In this document: one piece after another, positions 12,802 to 25,200 of the stretch
Position numbering within the stretch: the first letter of the stretch is position 1
Layout of the letters: every line of letters begins with the position of its first letter
Source of the DNA: Antedon mediterranea
Taxonomy: Eukaryota; Animalia; Echinodermata
Assembly: GCF_964355755.1 (NCBI RefSeq)
Contig: NC_092670.1
Coordinates: forward strand, 38,986,388 to 39,050,387
Reading direction: 5' to 3'
DNA length: 64,000 bases
Made by a program: the position numbers and the translations under genes
The notes under the pieces: generated by a model
The model's input: the letters and a program-made list of their open reading frames with translations, nothing else
Told to the model about the DNA's origin: nothing
Database searches by the model: none

Positions 12802-14084
12802 CGACGGCTAGTAGTAGATTATTTTAAGATTCAAATTGCCAAATTATGAATTTATATTTTCAAATTGTTTTTTTTTTTTGGTTTATGTTGGTTCAAAATC
12901 AACTCTCAATTATTTAACCCTCACAGCACTTTCACAGTGTGCATGCTGTATAAACATATTGGAATACTGTGCATGCAATGTCTATTTTGTACTGTGCATA
13001 TAGTATATATCCTGCACTGTATTTTACTGTGCATATAGTATATATTTTTACTGTACTGTCTGTGCATACAGAATAGTATATAAAAGCTGTGCTATAGATG
13101 CAGTATAAATTCCTACTATACAACATGGAGTATACATATTGAATTGTACCATGCATATATTAATTATATTGCATTGTACAGACAGTATAAATAGTGTTTT
13201 GTGCATGCATTAAACATTATGTATAATACGGTGAGGAGGTAATATTCCATGTGTCACAACTTAGTGCACATGTAGTATTATACTAAGTGGATTTAATTTA
13301 TCTAGTCATTTAATTTCATCACCTTTAAGTATGTATAACATGATCATTTGAATATCAGGTGGTTGTGCCTTTTTAAATACTGCATGAATCATTTTGGCCT
13401 TAGATACAGTAATTGTACAATCATTAACATCAGCAACCATTTGTTTTCCATGATGCACCATGCCACTACGCAGCTGTTGAGTCTAATAGTCATTCGGTAC
13501 TAGCTGATATGTTTCTGACCATGAACAAATTTACTTTTCGAATTGAAAACTTCGAAGTCGGTTGGTATGTTTGCGAATAATTTACTGAAATTTTTTTATA
13601 TTTTTTAATTTGACTTTAGGATATATTTGATATTGGGCATTTAAAACATAAAATATGTTTGATTGTATTTTATTTTAAATGTATATTTATTATTAGGAAA
13701 GAAAGATGTATATAAATTTGCCAAAATGATATTTGCTTAATGGAAAACAAAAATGAAATGATGTTCTTGATTCTGTTGGGACTTTTTATAAAACTTCTGG
13801 ATTTTATTTTTGTTGATTCAAAATTGGCATTATTAATATTAAGAAAATATATTTTATTATTTTTTTTTTTTTTTTTTTTATGTTTTAAGTGTATTAGATA
13901 GGGTAAAACCCTTGGGAACACAGGTGCTCACATACATATTTCAAAAACACTTTCGAGTGTGAATATGTCTATTGTTCTATTGTAATTGAAAAAAGTACAT
14001 TTCTGTTCATGTTTGATAATTGTTGTTAATTACTAATTTACAACTTCCTGTCAGTGCTGTTTAGCTTGCAATCCTCCGGCATTA

Positions 14085-14759
14085 AGCTTGGTTCCCACTA
14101 GCGACGCAACGTAAAGCTTGGTTCCCACTAGCGACGCAACGTAAAGCTTGGTTCCCACTAGCGACGCAACGTAACGACCTATTGACGCAAAGTGCTGTAT
14201 TGCATAATCGGAACCGAACCGAAGACGCAACAGTGCTGCAAACATCGCATGTTTGATTTCACGCAGGCGGGGCATGCAACCACAATTATCGGAAGGGCAT
14301 TTTCTTAAGCTTGGTTCCCACTAGCGACGCAACGCAACCTCGCGACGTAAGAAAATTCCCTTCCAATAAATGTGTTTGCCCCCGCCTGCGTGAAATCAAA
14401 CATACGATGTTTGCAGCACTGTTGCGTCGTGGTTTTCCACTTCTGATTACGCAATACAGCACTTTGCGTTTACACGTTGCGTTGTTACGTTGCGTCCTAG
14501 TGGGAACCAAGCTTTACGTTGCGTCGCTAGTGGGAACCAAGCTTAATGCGGAAGCTTTACTAAAGCTTGGTTCCCACTAGCGACGCAACCTACGCAACGT
14601 AAGAAAATACCCTTCCAATAATTGTGTTTTCCCCTGCCTGCGTGGAATCAAACCTGCGATTTTTGCAACATTGTTGCGTCGTCGGTTCCCACTTGTGATT
14701 ACGCAATACATCACTTTGCGTCAATACGTCGCTGCGTTGCGTTCTAGTGGGAACCACGC
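14085..14759. mobile_element. Nest of MITE family B copies with reiterated TIRs
   Basis: aagcttggttcccactagcgacgcaac occurs at 14085, 14115, 14145, 14307 and 14562. Inverted ends lie at about 14495-14543 and 14745-14759. All share the core ttgtgtttgcccccgcctgcgtgaaatcaaac. Confidence 0.85.
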
Positions 14760-15139
14760 TTAATGCAAGCGTTACTAATATTAAAAGGTAGCAAGGGCGT
14801 CCACCAAGATATATCTCAGAGCCATGTATATAATATATGGCTCATCCAATCCAAGCACCATATTATCTTTGTCCAAAAAAAGTAAATGCACTAATTTTCA
14901 AATGTCTTATATTTTGAAGGAGGCCCTCAAGTACACCATGTTGTTAACGTAGATTATAACTGCATACGATGCAAAACAAATTCAATGAAGTAATATTAAT
15001 GTATTTATTGAAATATTAAAAATTGCATATTGCATGCTTCAGCTGCGCAATCATTTATTTAACATTAATAATGATAATATTGAAATTAAATTATTATTAT
15101 TATTAGAATAATACAGTGGTATAGACTGGTTCTGAGTAA

Positions 15140-15346
15140 AGCTTGGCTCCCACTAGCGACGCAACATAACGCAAACGACGCAACGTAAGAAAATGCCCTT
15201 CCAATAATTGTGTTTGCCCCCGCCTGCGTGAAATCAAACCTGCAATGTTTGCAGCACTATTGCGTCATCGGTTCCCAGTTGTGATTACGCAATACGGCAC
15301 GTTGCGTCTATACGTCATTGCGTTGCGTTTTAGTGGGAACCACGCA
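15140..15346. mobile_element. MITE family B copy
   Basis: agcttggctcccactagcgacgcaac ... tagtgggaaccacgca, with the family B core. Confidence 0.85.
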
Positions 15347-15486
15347 TTAGATACAAACATTAACTAAAAAGCTACATTATCAAAACGTATACCGTACTGT
15401 TTATACCTTTAATAAGGTCATCCGTTTTTAGTTAAACTACTTATATAGGGATTATACTTTAGCCTATAACTTAAGTTAATTTTTCT

Positions 15487-15925
15487 TAATGAACACCTGT
15501 ACACACACGCTAATAAGCGTCGTGTATGCTAATAAGCATTACATTCATTTGAATAATTCTCGAACCTATGACAATGCCTTCTTTGATTTATTTCCACTGA
15601 TTCTATTTTCGTCACTTCCTCCTCAAAGGAATTAATAAGCACATGTATAAATGCATGTTAATGAGCATAGGTTTATGCTAATTTATGCTAATTAAGCATT
15701 ACAGTACTTTGAATAACTCGGTAAGACGTCTTCTCAGTTGATTTTATTTTCGTCACTTCCTTCTCAAATTAATTAATGAACACATGTATGTACATATGCT
15801 AACCGTGCTTGCTATTATGCCAATAAGCAGTACAGCCATTTGATTTATTCGATCGTAGGCAATGTCTTCTTTGATATCCACTGTTGATTCTATCTTCATC
15901 ACTTCCTGCTCAATTTAATTAATCG
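15487..15925. repeat. Three diverged tandem units of about 145 bp
   Basis: Recurrent ttaat(g)aacacatgta...atgctaat...tattttcgtcacttcct...ctcaa..ttaattaat blocks. Confidence 0.6.
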
Positions 15926-16699
15926 AAGGTAAAGCATTCTGTATTGTTTACATGATAGTAGCTGTTTTTCAGCGTGTTTTATTTTCACTGATTACAAGAT
16001 GAAAACTAAACAGATACTGTAGTCACGATAAGATGACAAATCAATTCCACTGGCCTTCTTGCTTCTGCCTACACTATCAAACTTATAGTTTGATAAAAAC
16101 AAGTGTGATGTGCCCAAATATGGTAGTGAAATGCTCAAATATGGTAGTGATATGATATCATCATGTACATATATGGGCATATCACATTTTGTTGCACATA
16201 GAGTTTGATAATGTAGACAGAGCTTTAGATGGTTGCCAACACCTTACTGTAGTTAACGCATTATCGTGCATGATATTGTACAAAATAGGATCGCGTATAT
16301 TTTTATTTTATTAAACCGTAGTTTAATAATGATCATCACGTTTTAAAATATTTTATTTTTGCCAATAGTTATTTCTGTGATTGTTCACAGACAGGTGGTA
16401 AACGGTGCCTTTATGAAAATGTTTAGTGCTGTTATACATGTTCAGTGCTGTATTTCTTATACATGTTCAGGGCATTTAGTATGAAATATTGAGGATATTT
16501 AAAATAAGCTGCCTTTCTTTGATTGGAAATAAATCGGTGGTTTTGGGATTTAAGTTTGTGCTTAACTCGTTTGTATGTTGTAATCTGCCACATATATCAA
16601 GCGTCGTATCATATCTTAAAGATAACCATTATACATGAAATAATTTCCCAACGCACAAGTTTATTATTTACACAGATACTTCCACCACACGAAGTGTTG

Positions 16700-17896
16700 T
16701 AAAGTCGCAGGTTTGATTTCACGCGCAGGCGGAGCCAAACACAATTATCGGAAGAGAATTTTCTTACGTTGCGTAGGTTACATTGCGTCGCTAGTGGGAA
16801 CTACGCTTTAGCGTTGCGTTACGTTTAAGCTTGGCTTCCAATAGAGACGCAACACAAGTACGTAACGAAACGTGAGTGATTTGACCAACAACAAGCGATG
16901 GATTATATTCAAACAATCGCATGTGATTGGTCAACTTTCTTGCGTTGCGTCTACGTCCTTGCGTTGCGTCTCTAGTGGAAACCAAACATTAAAAGAGCAC
17001 GACCTTCCCTACGTTAAGGATCATGTCAATTAACATTCTACTGCAGTAACTATATTTTTACTGCAATAACGTATGATTTTAATTTGTTCAAATTAATGTA
17101 GACGTTCGTGAGGTACCGTACGTATGTGATAAACATTCGTATTATTATTATTTACAATAAGCTTTTTTTTTTTTTTTGACAAATCACAAGCGATGGATTA
17201 TTCGAAAAGTCGCTTGTCATTGGTCAACTCGCTTGCGTTGATCGTACGTCCTTGCGCTGGGTCTCTAGTAGTGAGAACCACGCTTAAATAATTGTTAGAA
17301 CACGTTGAAGAGTAATGCGTGGTTCACACACTAGCGCAACGTAGCGACGTATTGGCGCAAAATGCGTAATCACAGTTGAGAACCGACGACGCAACAGTGC
17401 TGCAAACATCACAGGCTTGATTGCACGCAAAAGAATAAGAAAAAATACGGTAACAGTAACAGTAATTCCACAGTTAATTAAAAATGAATTTGAAGAATTG
17501 TAACCAAAGACTTTAAGTATTTCCCTGATAATAATAGAAAGGAAAAGGGAGAAAAGTAAATCGCACTAGAAAGTCGGTGTTTCTTTATATTTCGTTGATT
17601 AGTCAACGACCGACACGAGGACAATACGTCAGCGAGAATTATTTGTAAAGATTCGTTCTGCTGGACTGTTTTGACATCATCGAAAACAGGGCATGCGTAA
17701 AGCGTGGTTCCCACTAGAACGCAACGTAACGCAGCGACGTATCGACGCAAAAAGTGCTGTATTGCATAATAATCACAAGTGGGAACCGACGATGCAACAG
17801 TGCTGCAAACATCGCTTGCAGGTTTGATTTCACGCTGCACGCAGGCGGGGGATTTTCTAACGTTTCGTAGGTTGCGTCGCTAGTGGGAACCAAGCT
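16700..17896. mobile_element. Cluster of MITE family A/B copies (about 16700-16808, 16828-16990, 17180-17285, 17316-17430, 17701-17896)
   Basis: Repeated ctagtgggaacc(a/c)(a/c)gct ends with family A or B cores. Confidence 0.75.
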
Positions 17897-17929
17897 TAAT
17901 CAAATTAATATTCACGATGAAGTGAACTA

Positions 17930-18236
17930 CTGACCAATCAGAAACGGCATTATCCGTCCCCACGGCCCAACACCACGTGCCCCCGATCACATGCGACGAT
18001 CGACACACTCTACCGGCGAAAATGAAAGTGAAGGAATTTAGGCTAGTTAAAATTGTATTATACTTATGTTTATGGACTAATTTTACGACGACAAACCGGA
18101 CTAAGACCTATAGCCTACAGTTATTAAACTAAACCTTCATATTTATTATCTTCCCGATACCTTTATAAATGCCGCGCGCCTACTATACTAGGCTAGGCCA
18201 GGGAATCAAGAAGCACGCTCGCCTGTGGTGGTGAGT
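17930..18236 (+). promoter_or_regulatory. Candidate promoter and first exon of an unannotated plus-strand transcript
   Basis: Locally CpG/GC-rich. Contains CCAAT (about 17934), CACGTG (about 17974), GAAAATGAAAGTGAA (18018-18032), TAGGCTAGGCC motifs, and a consensus donor GTG|GTGAGT at 18230/18231. Confidence 0.4.
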
Positions 18237-19243
18237 ATTTTTAGGCGCATGGGAGTGGAGTGGGAAGATAATATTTTTAAGTGGAGTAGGCCTGGGCATT
18301 TTACTGCATTTCGTAACAATATCAGTTTTATTCCATTTCAATGACTCAACAATTATATTTTCATATCAAAAGTTGTACAGTTTGAGTTGCAAAAATCACT
18401 TTATTATGTGTTAAATTTTCTAAAGAAAAAGATTTCACAATTTGAAACAAAGTTTAGCCACACGTACACAGTGTAGGCTACTACAATAAAAAATGTATCT
18501 TACCTACACAGCACATTAACATATAAATAGAAAGATCTATATTCTAGAATTATTTGTTAGAGTTGACATAATTATGTTTACTTTTTCATCATTATACCGC
18601 TCCTTTATATACTTAAGTCATTCATGCAGTTAAATACTTTATATTATATTCAAATCCAAAAGGCATTTTATTCAAGTAATTAGTCAAGTATAATACTGCA
18701 TTTACTATATAACTTTCACAAGACTTTACTTTCAATTGCAATATTTTTGTTTTAAATACTTTTGTTTAAAAAAAACTAGAGGAGTTGAGGTTATTATCAG
18801 CTTGAATACACAGCTGACTTTAGATAATAACTTAGATGTAATCTTTTTTTCGTAAGACATGATTAGTTTTTACTTCTGTTTTTATATACAGGATAATTAT
18901 AATTTTCACACTGGTCTAGTTGGCATATAGTATTTTACCAGAGCTTTTACTTAGCCAACTGTTTTGGACAAAATGTGTGTTCATTAATTTTTATTTATAA
19001 AGAAAAAAAGTGTATTTTTGCAAAAGTATAAATTATAATAAAGCTCTATCTACACCATCAAACTAGTTTGACAAAAAGTGTGATGTGCCCAAATATGGTA
19101 GTGATATACCCAAATATGGTAGTGACATGACATCATAGGCACATCACATTTTTTTTAAAAATAAAGTTTGACATGGAGATGATTACTCTATCCATAATAA
19201 TAATACTGTACACCAAATCTAAAGATCGAAACAAATGATTGAA

Positions 19244-22200
19244 TCAAAATGATGTTGGCACCCATTGTGGCTGCAACGGTAGCTGCAACTGTGGCTGCAA
19301 CTGTGGTTGCTGTTGCTGCTGCGGTGGTTGTTGATGTTGTTGTTGTTTCTTAGCCTGGAGGAACTTCTGTAATCGCCGTCGTCTCTTGTTTGCCTTAATA
19401 TATTGGTGTAGCTTGAAACCACCGTAAACAGGTAAGGCTATTGCACCGCAGGTTAACACTAGGCCACTAGCCCCTACAACAAGTCCTAGGCATACAGGGG
19501 CTGCAAGAATCTGACATCCTTCAAACAAAACATAAAGAAAATTGATATTTTTTGTTGTAAAAACATTGTTATTTGATGATAGCTGTAGGGTTTGACCATG
19601 GAGTATATTATTATTATTACTCTATAGTTTGACCAATGATGGCCATAATTGTAATTGAAATATTTTATTTATACTTGGCCTCTTCAGTCAAAGCCCAGTT
19701 ATGATCATTGGCTGTGATGTACTAGTACACCGGGGTAACCCCTAATCGTCTCGATGTACTAGGTTCTTTAAAGTGCACACGAGCTAGATGTGAACACTGG
19801 ACATACAGTTTATAGTCCTTATCCGAGAAAACCGTTCTACCACCAGAACCATGGAGCCTCGCAGTTGTTATGGCTACGTAATTACGGTCCCACAGTCTTA
19901 ACCACTCGGCTTGGTTTGACCAATGGCCATAACTGTGATTTTTTTTTTGTATCCCAGGCTCCATGTTTGTATTTTCCTGAGACTGAGAGTGTATCTTTTC
20001 AGGATTCACTGTGTATAAATTTAGGATTTCTTGATGAATGATTTAAATGATTTGCTTATTTTTGTGGCAATTCAGGAGCATTCTTAACATTTTCCGTGTT
20101 TCGACATTACACTTTCTAGAGTTTCCATTTATTAACTATTTATGGCATAATGATTTGTCATTGTTTTAATGTCTAAATCCTTTTTACATCTTTTTTTATT
20201 TAATTCCTCAAATTATTTTTTTGGTCTTTCTTTGGGTCATAGAATAGAGAAATGAGTATGCCCCAAACTCCATAATGGACAATTGAAATCAATAAAATAT
20301 TATTATAGAACAAAAAAAAAAATCTTTAGAAAATGTGAGATTATTATTCAAGGTAGATTTGGTAGAATTGTTATAATATAATTTTGACACGGTCCCTTTC
20401 TCAGTTATTATACACAATGACAGCAAGTAATTTAAATAAGTATTCCTATAGGCAAGCTGTAAAACCTCTGTGGAGCAGTGCCATAATGACGAATAAACCC
20501 AAATGATAATGCCAAATGAAAGGCAGGCAAGTAGAGGCCTTTTAAGATTGTTATCACGAATCTCATCAAGAAATGCGGATGTCTCTCAAACAATGATGAA
20601 GAAATGATAAAAACATGTTTGAAAATGTCAAATGATAATTACTTTTGAAATTGCTCTTCTAAACATTGATTAGTTAATTGCACGGCACAATCATCTGTAC
20701 ATACACAAGTTTGAACCACGGTTTGGATTTGATCCCAAAAAGGTCAAAGTTGACAAAACACTGCATACAGTTAGTAGCGTGTAAAACATTCTTTTATTTC
20801 TATTCTCTAAACCGTCTCCCCTCATTTTTTATTTCAAGGTTTTTCTACACAACACTTTATGTTCAATCTTCTACACAACACTTTATGTTCAATGTTCTAC
20901 ACAACACTTTATGTTCAATGTTCTACACAACACTTTATGTTCAATCTTCTACACAACACTTTATGTTCAATGTTCTACACAACATTTTATGTTCAATCTT
21001 CTACACAACATTTTATGTTCAATGTTCTACACAACATTTTATGTTCAATGTTCTACACAACACTTTATGTTCAATGTTCTACACAACACTTTATGTTCAA
21101 TCTTCTACACAACACTTTATGTTCAATGTTCTACACAACATTTTATGTTCAATCTTCTACACAACATTTTATGTTCTATCTTCTACACAACACTTTATGT
21201 TCAACCAACCTTCTACACAACACTTTATGTTCAATCTTCTACACAACACTTTATGTTCAATCTTCTACACAACACTTTATGTTCAATCTTCTACACAACA
21301 CTTTTTGTTCAATCTTTTATTCAAGTGTCTTGGTGCTAATGCAATAATGAATTTAAAAGGCAATGTATTGAAAACTGGTGTCCCTTGAATATGGGTTTGC
21401 TATAGTGTTAAAACACATATCTCCCCTTGTTCATTTCATAGGAAAGTGTCCCCTAAAGTGTCCCCTGAAGTGTCCCCTGAAGTGTCCCCTAAAGTGTCCC
21501 CTGAAGTGTCCCCTAAAGTGTCCCCTAAAGTGTCCCCTAAAGTGTCCCCTAAAGTTGGTGTCCGAAATGAGGGGTTCTATTGTATTCAAAACATTTATAA
21601 TTGAAAAATTTGCAAAAAATGTGAAATTAGCACAAAAGAGTAAATAGTTTAATAATATATCCAATTTCTTGTAAAGCTGTTTTAATGTTATAAACCTTCC
21701 TAGAAATGTCTCCTAAATTAAAATTCATGGCGTTGAAATTGAATTTTGAAAAAGCTGTCATGGACATTATTTATTCATTATTTTACGATCAAGATGTTCA
21801 TGCACAAGTAACTGTTACCTTTGAGACATAATCTACTGTATATGTATGTATGTATGTAATAGTTTACTTGTTCAATCATTGCCTCTATAAATTGCCTAAT
21901 TTATATTCCACGCCATAATCCTCTAAACAAAACTTGATAACATGTGATTGCTATTAAGTCTATTAATAATGAGGCAAACAGCAAACGATATTATTATTGG
22001 TAATGCTAGAAGAGGATTTTCTTTAGTGTTTGAGAAAAGCACACATTTAACACACCAATTATTGGACAACTTAATTAAATACGGAGTGCCAGAGGATTTG
22101 AACTTGTACAATACTTTATTGGAAGACTTGTGTATGGATAACAACCAAAACCTTCAGGATATTCTTAATTTATTTTGTTGTGGAAGCACTGGTGTTCGTT

Positions 22201-25200
22201 ACTATGACAATACCCTACTTTCTTCCTAATACTGTTCTTTGTTCTAAAGCTCTGTCTACACTATCAAACTAGTTTGACATAAAAAGTGTGATGTGCCCAT
22301 ATGGTAGTGATAAGCCCAAATATGGTAGTGATATGCCCAAATATGGTAGTGATATGACATCATGTCCATATATAAGCACATCACATTTTTTTTTTGTCAC
22401 AAAGTTTTATAGTGTAGACAGAGTTTTAGATATATAGTTCTTTAGTTTTTTAGTAGACACTCATATGCTTTATAATCTGTAGGTAAATATATATGCTTTA
22501 AAAATAGTTTTATACTATTCCATCATTGTAAATTAAAGATAGCGTTGTTATCTTTACAGTAGCCACATAATTATTTGCTATTTTGTTCATCATCCTTAAT
22601 TGATCCAGGGAAATAGTAATGCAAATTAAACTGATAATTTATTCATTTTGTCAAAATAAATGATCTTAAAATCGATAGAATTGTGACTGAAAAAAGAGTT
22701 AATGTACAGGACGAATCATTACCATAGTCATTAATGATATTCATAGCTTTTATCTGACAACGCCAAAGTGACAAATTGATTGACAGATAATATTTAGTAT
22801 TTAATGTGTTGCACTTTAAGATACAAGATAACGACATCGATATTAGAAAAAGAGAATATGAATTAGCTGCAGATGATCTCTCTGATATGAATATTGAGAT
22901 TTGAAAATGTTACTGCAGAACAATGACTTGAGCTTTGTCTACACTATCAAACTAGTTTGACAAAAAAGTGTGATGTGCCAATATATGGACATGATGATGT
23001 CATACCACTACCATATTTTGGCACATCACACTTTTTGATAATTAGACAAAGCTTAATTAAGAATTTATGAAGTGCTTTTTAATGTCTATTTTTGACCGCG
23101 GTGACCATTAATATTGTTTACTGGGGTGTGTTGCCACCCTGTTGATTGTTTGAAAAATCCAGGATTCTCCCCCGTAAATAATAGAGAGGGATACAAATAG
23201 TAATACGTCGTGGATAGATTCTTTCAAGAACTATACATTTTATATTATAATTGTGTACAATCTGTTACCTTTGTGGCAGACTGCATGTCTTTATTATAAT
23301 GTACTATAGGACTACCAGTAATACTGAGCTTTGATGAGTCAACAATTTGGTCTGGTTTCCAAGAATTTACATTCCTACTCTTGATTTCTTATTATTAGTG
23401 TGTTAATTTAGTTTTTACTTTATAGTGGGAAAAAGTAATATTCAAAATTGGTTTCACACTGTGTCTAAAAATCATAATTATATTATTACTTTCCTATAAA
23501 ATATTTTTGTCAACAAAAGGGTACCCTTAATAAAATAATTGAGTGTCCTCTGTCTGAATAGGAGTTGACCTTAGTGATGTACTGGCTGTCATTTCATGGA
23601 AGAGGGTCTCCTGCAATACAAAAGCATAACTCCATGGATCTGAACATACCCCAGGTATTTTTATTTCCTACTAATCATTTGTATTGATTTATTATATGCA
23701 GACACAGTGTAAACAGTATGATAAAACAATCACAGTGTGCCTACTGTAAATACATCATGGTCAATTACTTCCCATTGTGTAAACCCTTGCCATGTTCCAT
23801 TGAACTTGGCAAATTAGCCGTATCATCTACCATTGTTTACAAAAAATTTGTATATAGATTTACAGTCTTTGATCTGCTTTTGATCACGCAATTTATGGTG
23901 ACCTGTTTGTTTAGAATGATTTGGAAAAAAAATGGGGTAATATAGAAAATACTGGAAAAAACTTTCTTTTTCCAATATCCTAGTGTTTGAATTTAGTACT
24001 GTGTGTGTTATTGTTTTGACTTTTCTATTGTTGGTATAATAATAATCAATTTTAATTCACTTGCTGTTTCCTTTATCATGTTATTCTCTTTGTCCCTAAC
24101 AGGATGCTAGCCAGTTGTTCATTATCATTTCCTTTTGTTGTGATGAAATCAACTTATCAAAATGATGTATCATCCATTTGTTCTAGCAGGATACAATCTA
24201 ATTTTTCGATACTAATTTCCGTATCCTTCTAAAATTTCCTTTTAAAAAGTATTTATAAAAATATACCAGACAAAAAACAAAACTATATTATATTAATAAC
24301 AAACGTGAAATACGAGTACAGTACTACAATTTCCTAGCAGTATATTTGTAATAATATAAAACTATACTTTGTAGTATTGCTATGCTGTTTGTTGTTCTGT
24401 CTACACTATCAAACTTTATGTAAAAAACAATGTGATGTAAAATAAAACAAAAAATGAGGACCAACTCGAAGTGAACTTGTCTCAGTTGGCCCCTTCAACA
24501 TAGTTTTAAGTTCTGTCTAGACTATCAAACTTTATGTAAAAAAAAATGTGATGTGCCCATATATGGACATGATGATGTCATATCATCACCATATTTGGGC
24601 AGTATAGACGGAGCTTTAGATAGAAAAGATGCAATTTGTTACAGAATACACACCTAATACAGCGCCTCTGACTGCACGTCGTTCCATCGGATCGTGAGGC
24701 TTGAATCGGTATTTACAGCCAAACACGCTATAACGAGAATAATGATCTCCAAAGAATTTCATGCCTCGGAAGCGCTCTCCACATTGGTAGCAGAATTCGG
24801 TGTTGCAATTTGAACATGTCATGTGATCACATCCTGTTACTCTTTGAATTAGCACCTGTATGTAAATAAAAATGTTAATATTAACATTTTAGATTCTTGT
24901 TTTGATTGAGCTACATACAATACACTCATTCTAGTTCTAGTAGTCCCATGACCTAGATGATTGTAGGGGCGTAGCAGATGTGATACAGTAGTAGTACTCA
25001 TCATTATACGATATACAGGCATAAGCTATATCTCCCAGTGGTGCCTATCTTCTCTCAGAGCTGAATACAATTATTAGCATATTTAAAATACACACCTTAC
25101 ATTTTGGACATCTGTGAGCATTTTGTTGTCCGAAACTCCATTCCTTTGCCCACTGCTTTAGCATGCGATCTCCACGTCGCCATTCTTTGCACGTTAAACC

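Noticed and set aside
12912-13242. Possible piggyBac-like MITE (ttaaccctcac ... gtgaggaggtaa) around TGCA/TACA-rich low-complexity DNA in the kelch 3' UTR
   Set aside because: The ends are too short and imperfect, and no second copy is present in the window to support it.
14051-14580. ORFs with YVASLVGTKL repeats
   Set aside because: Translations of reiterated MITE TIRs.
20678-21388. Three overlapping repetitive ORFs, or a CRISPR-like array
   Set aside because: A pure 26-bp tandem repeat with no unique spacers. The ORFs exist only because the unit lacks stops; there are no cas genes and the context is eukaryotic.
21378-21664. CPLK-repeat and RGHF-repeat ORFs
   Set aside because: Both are translations of a 12-bp tandem repeat inside a MITE.
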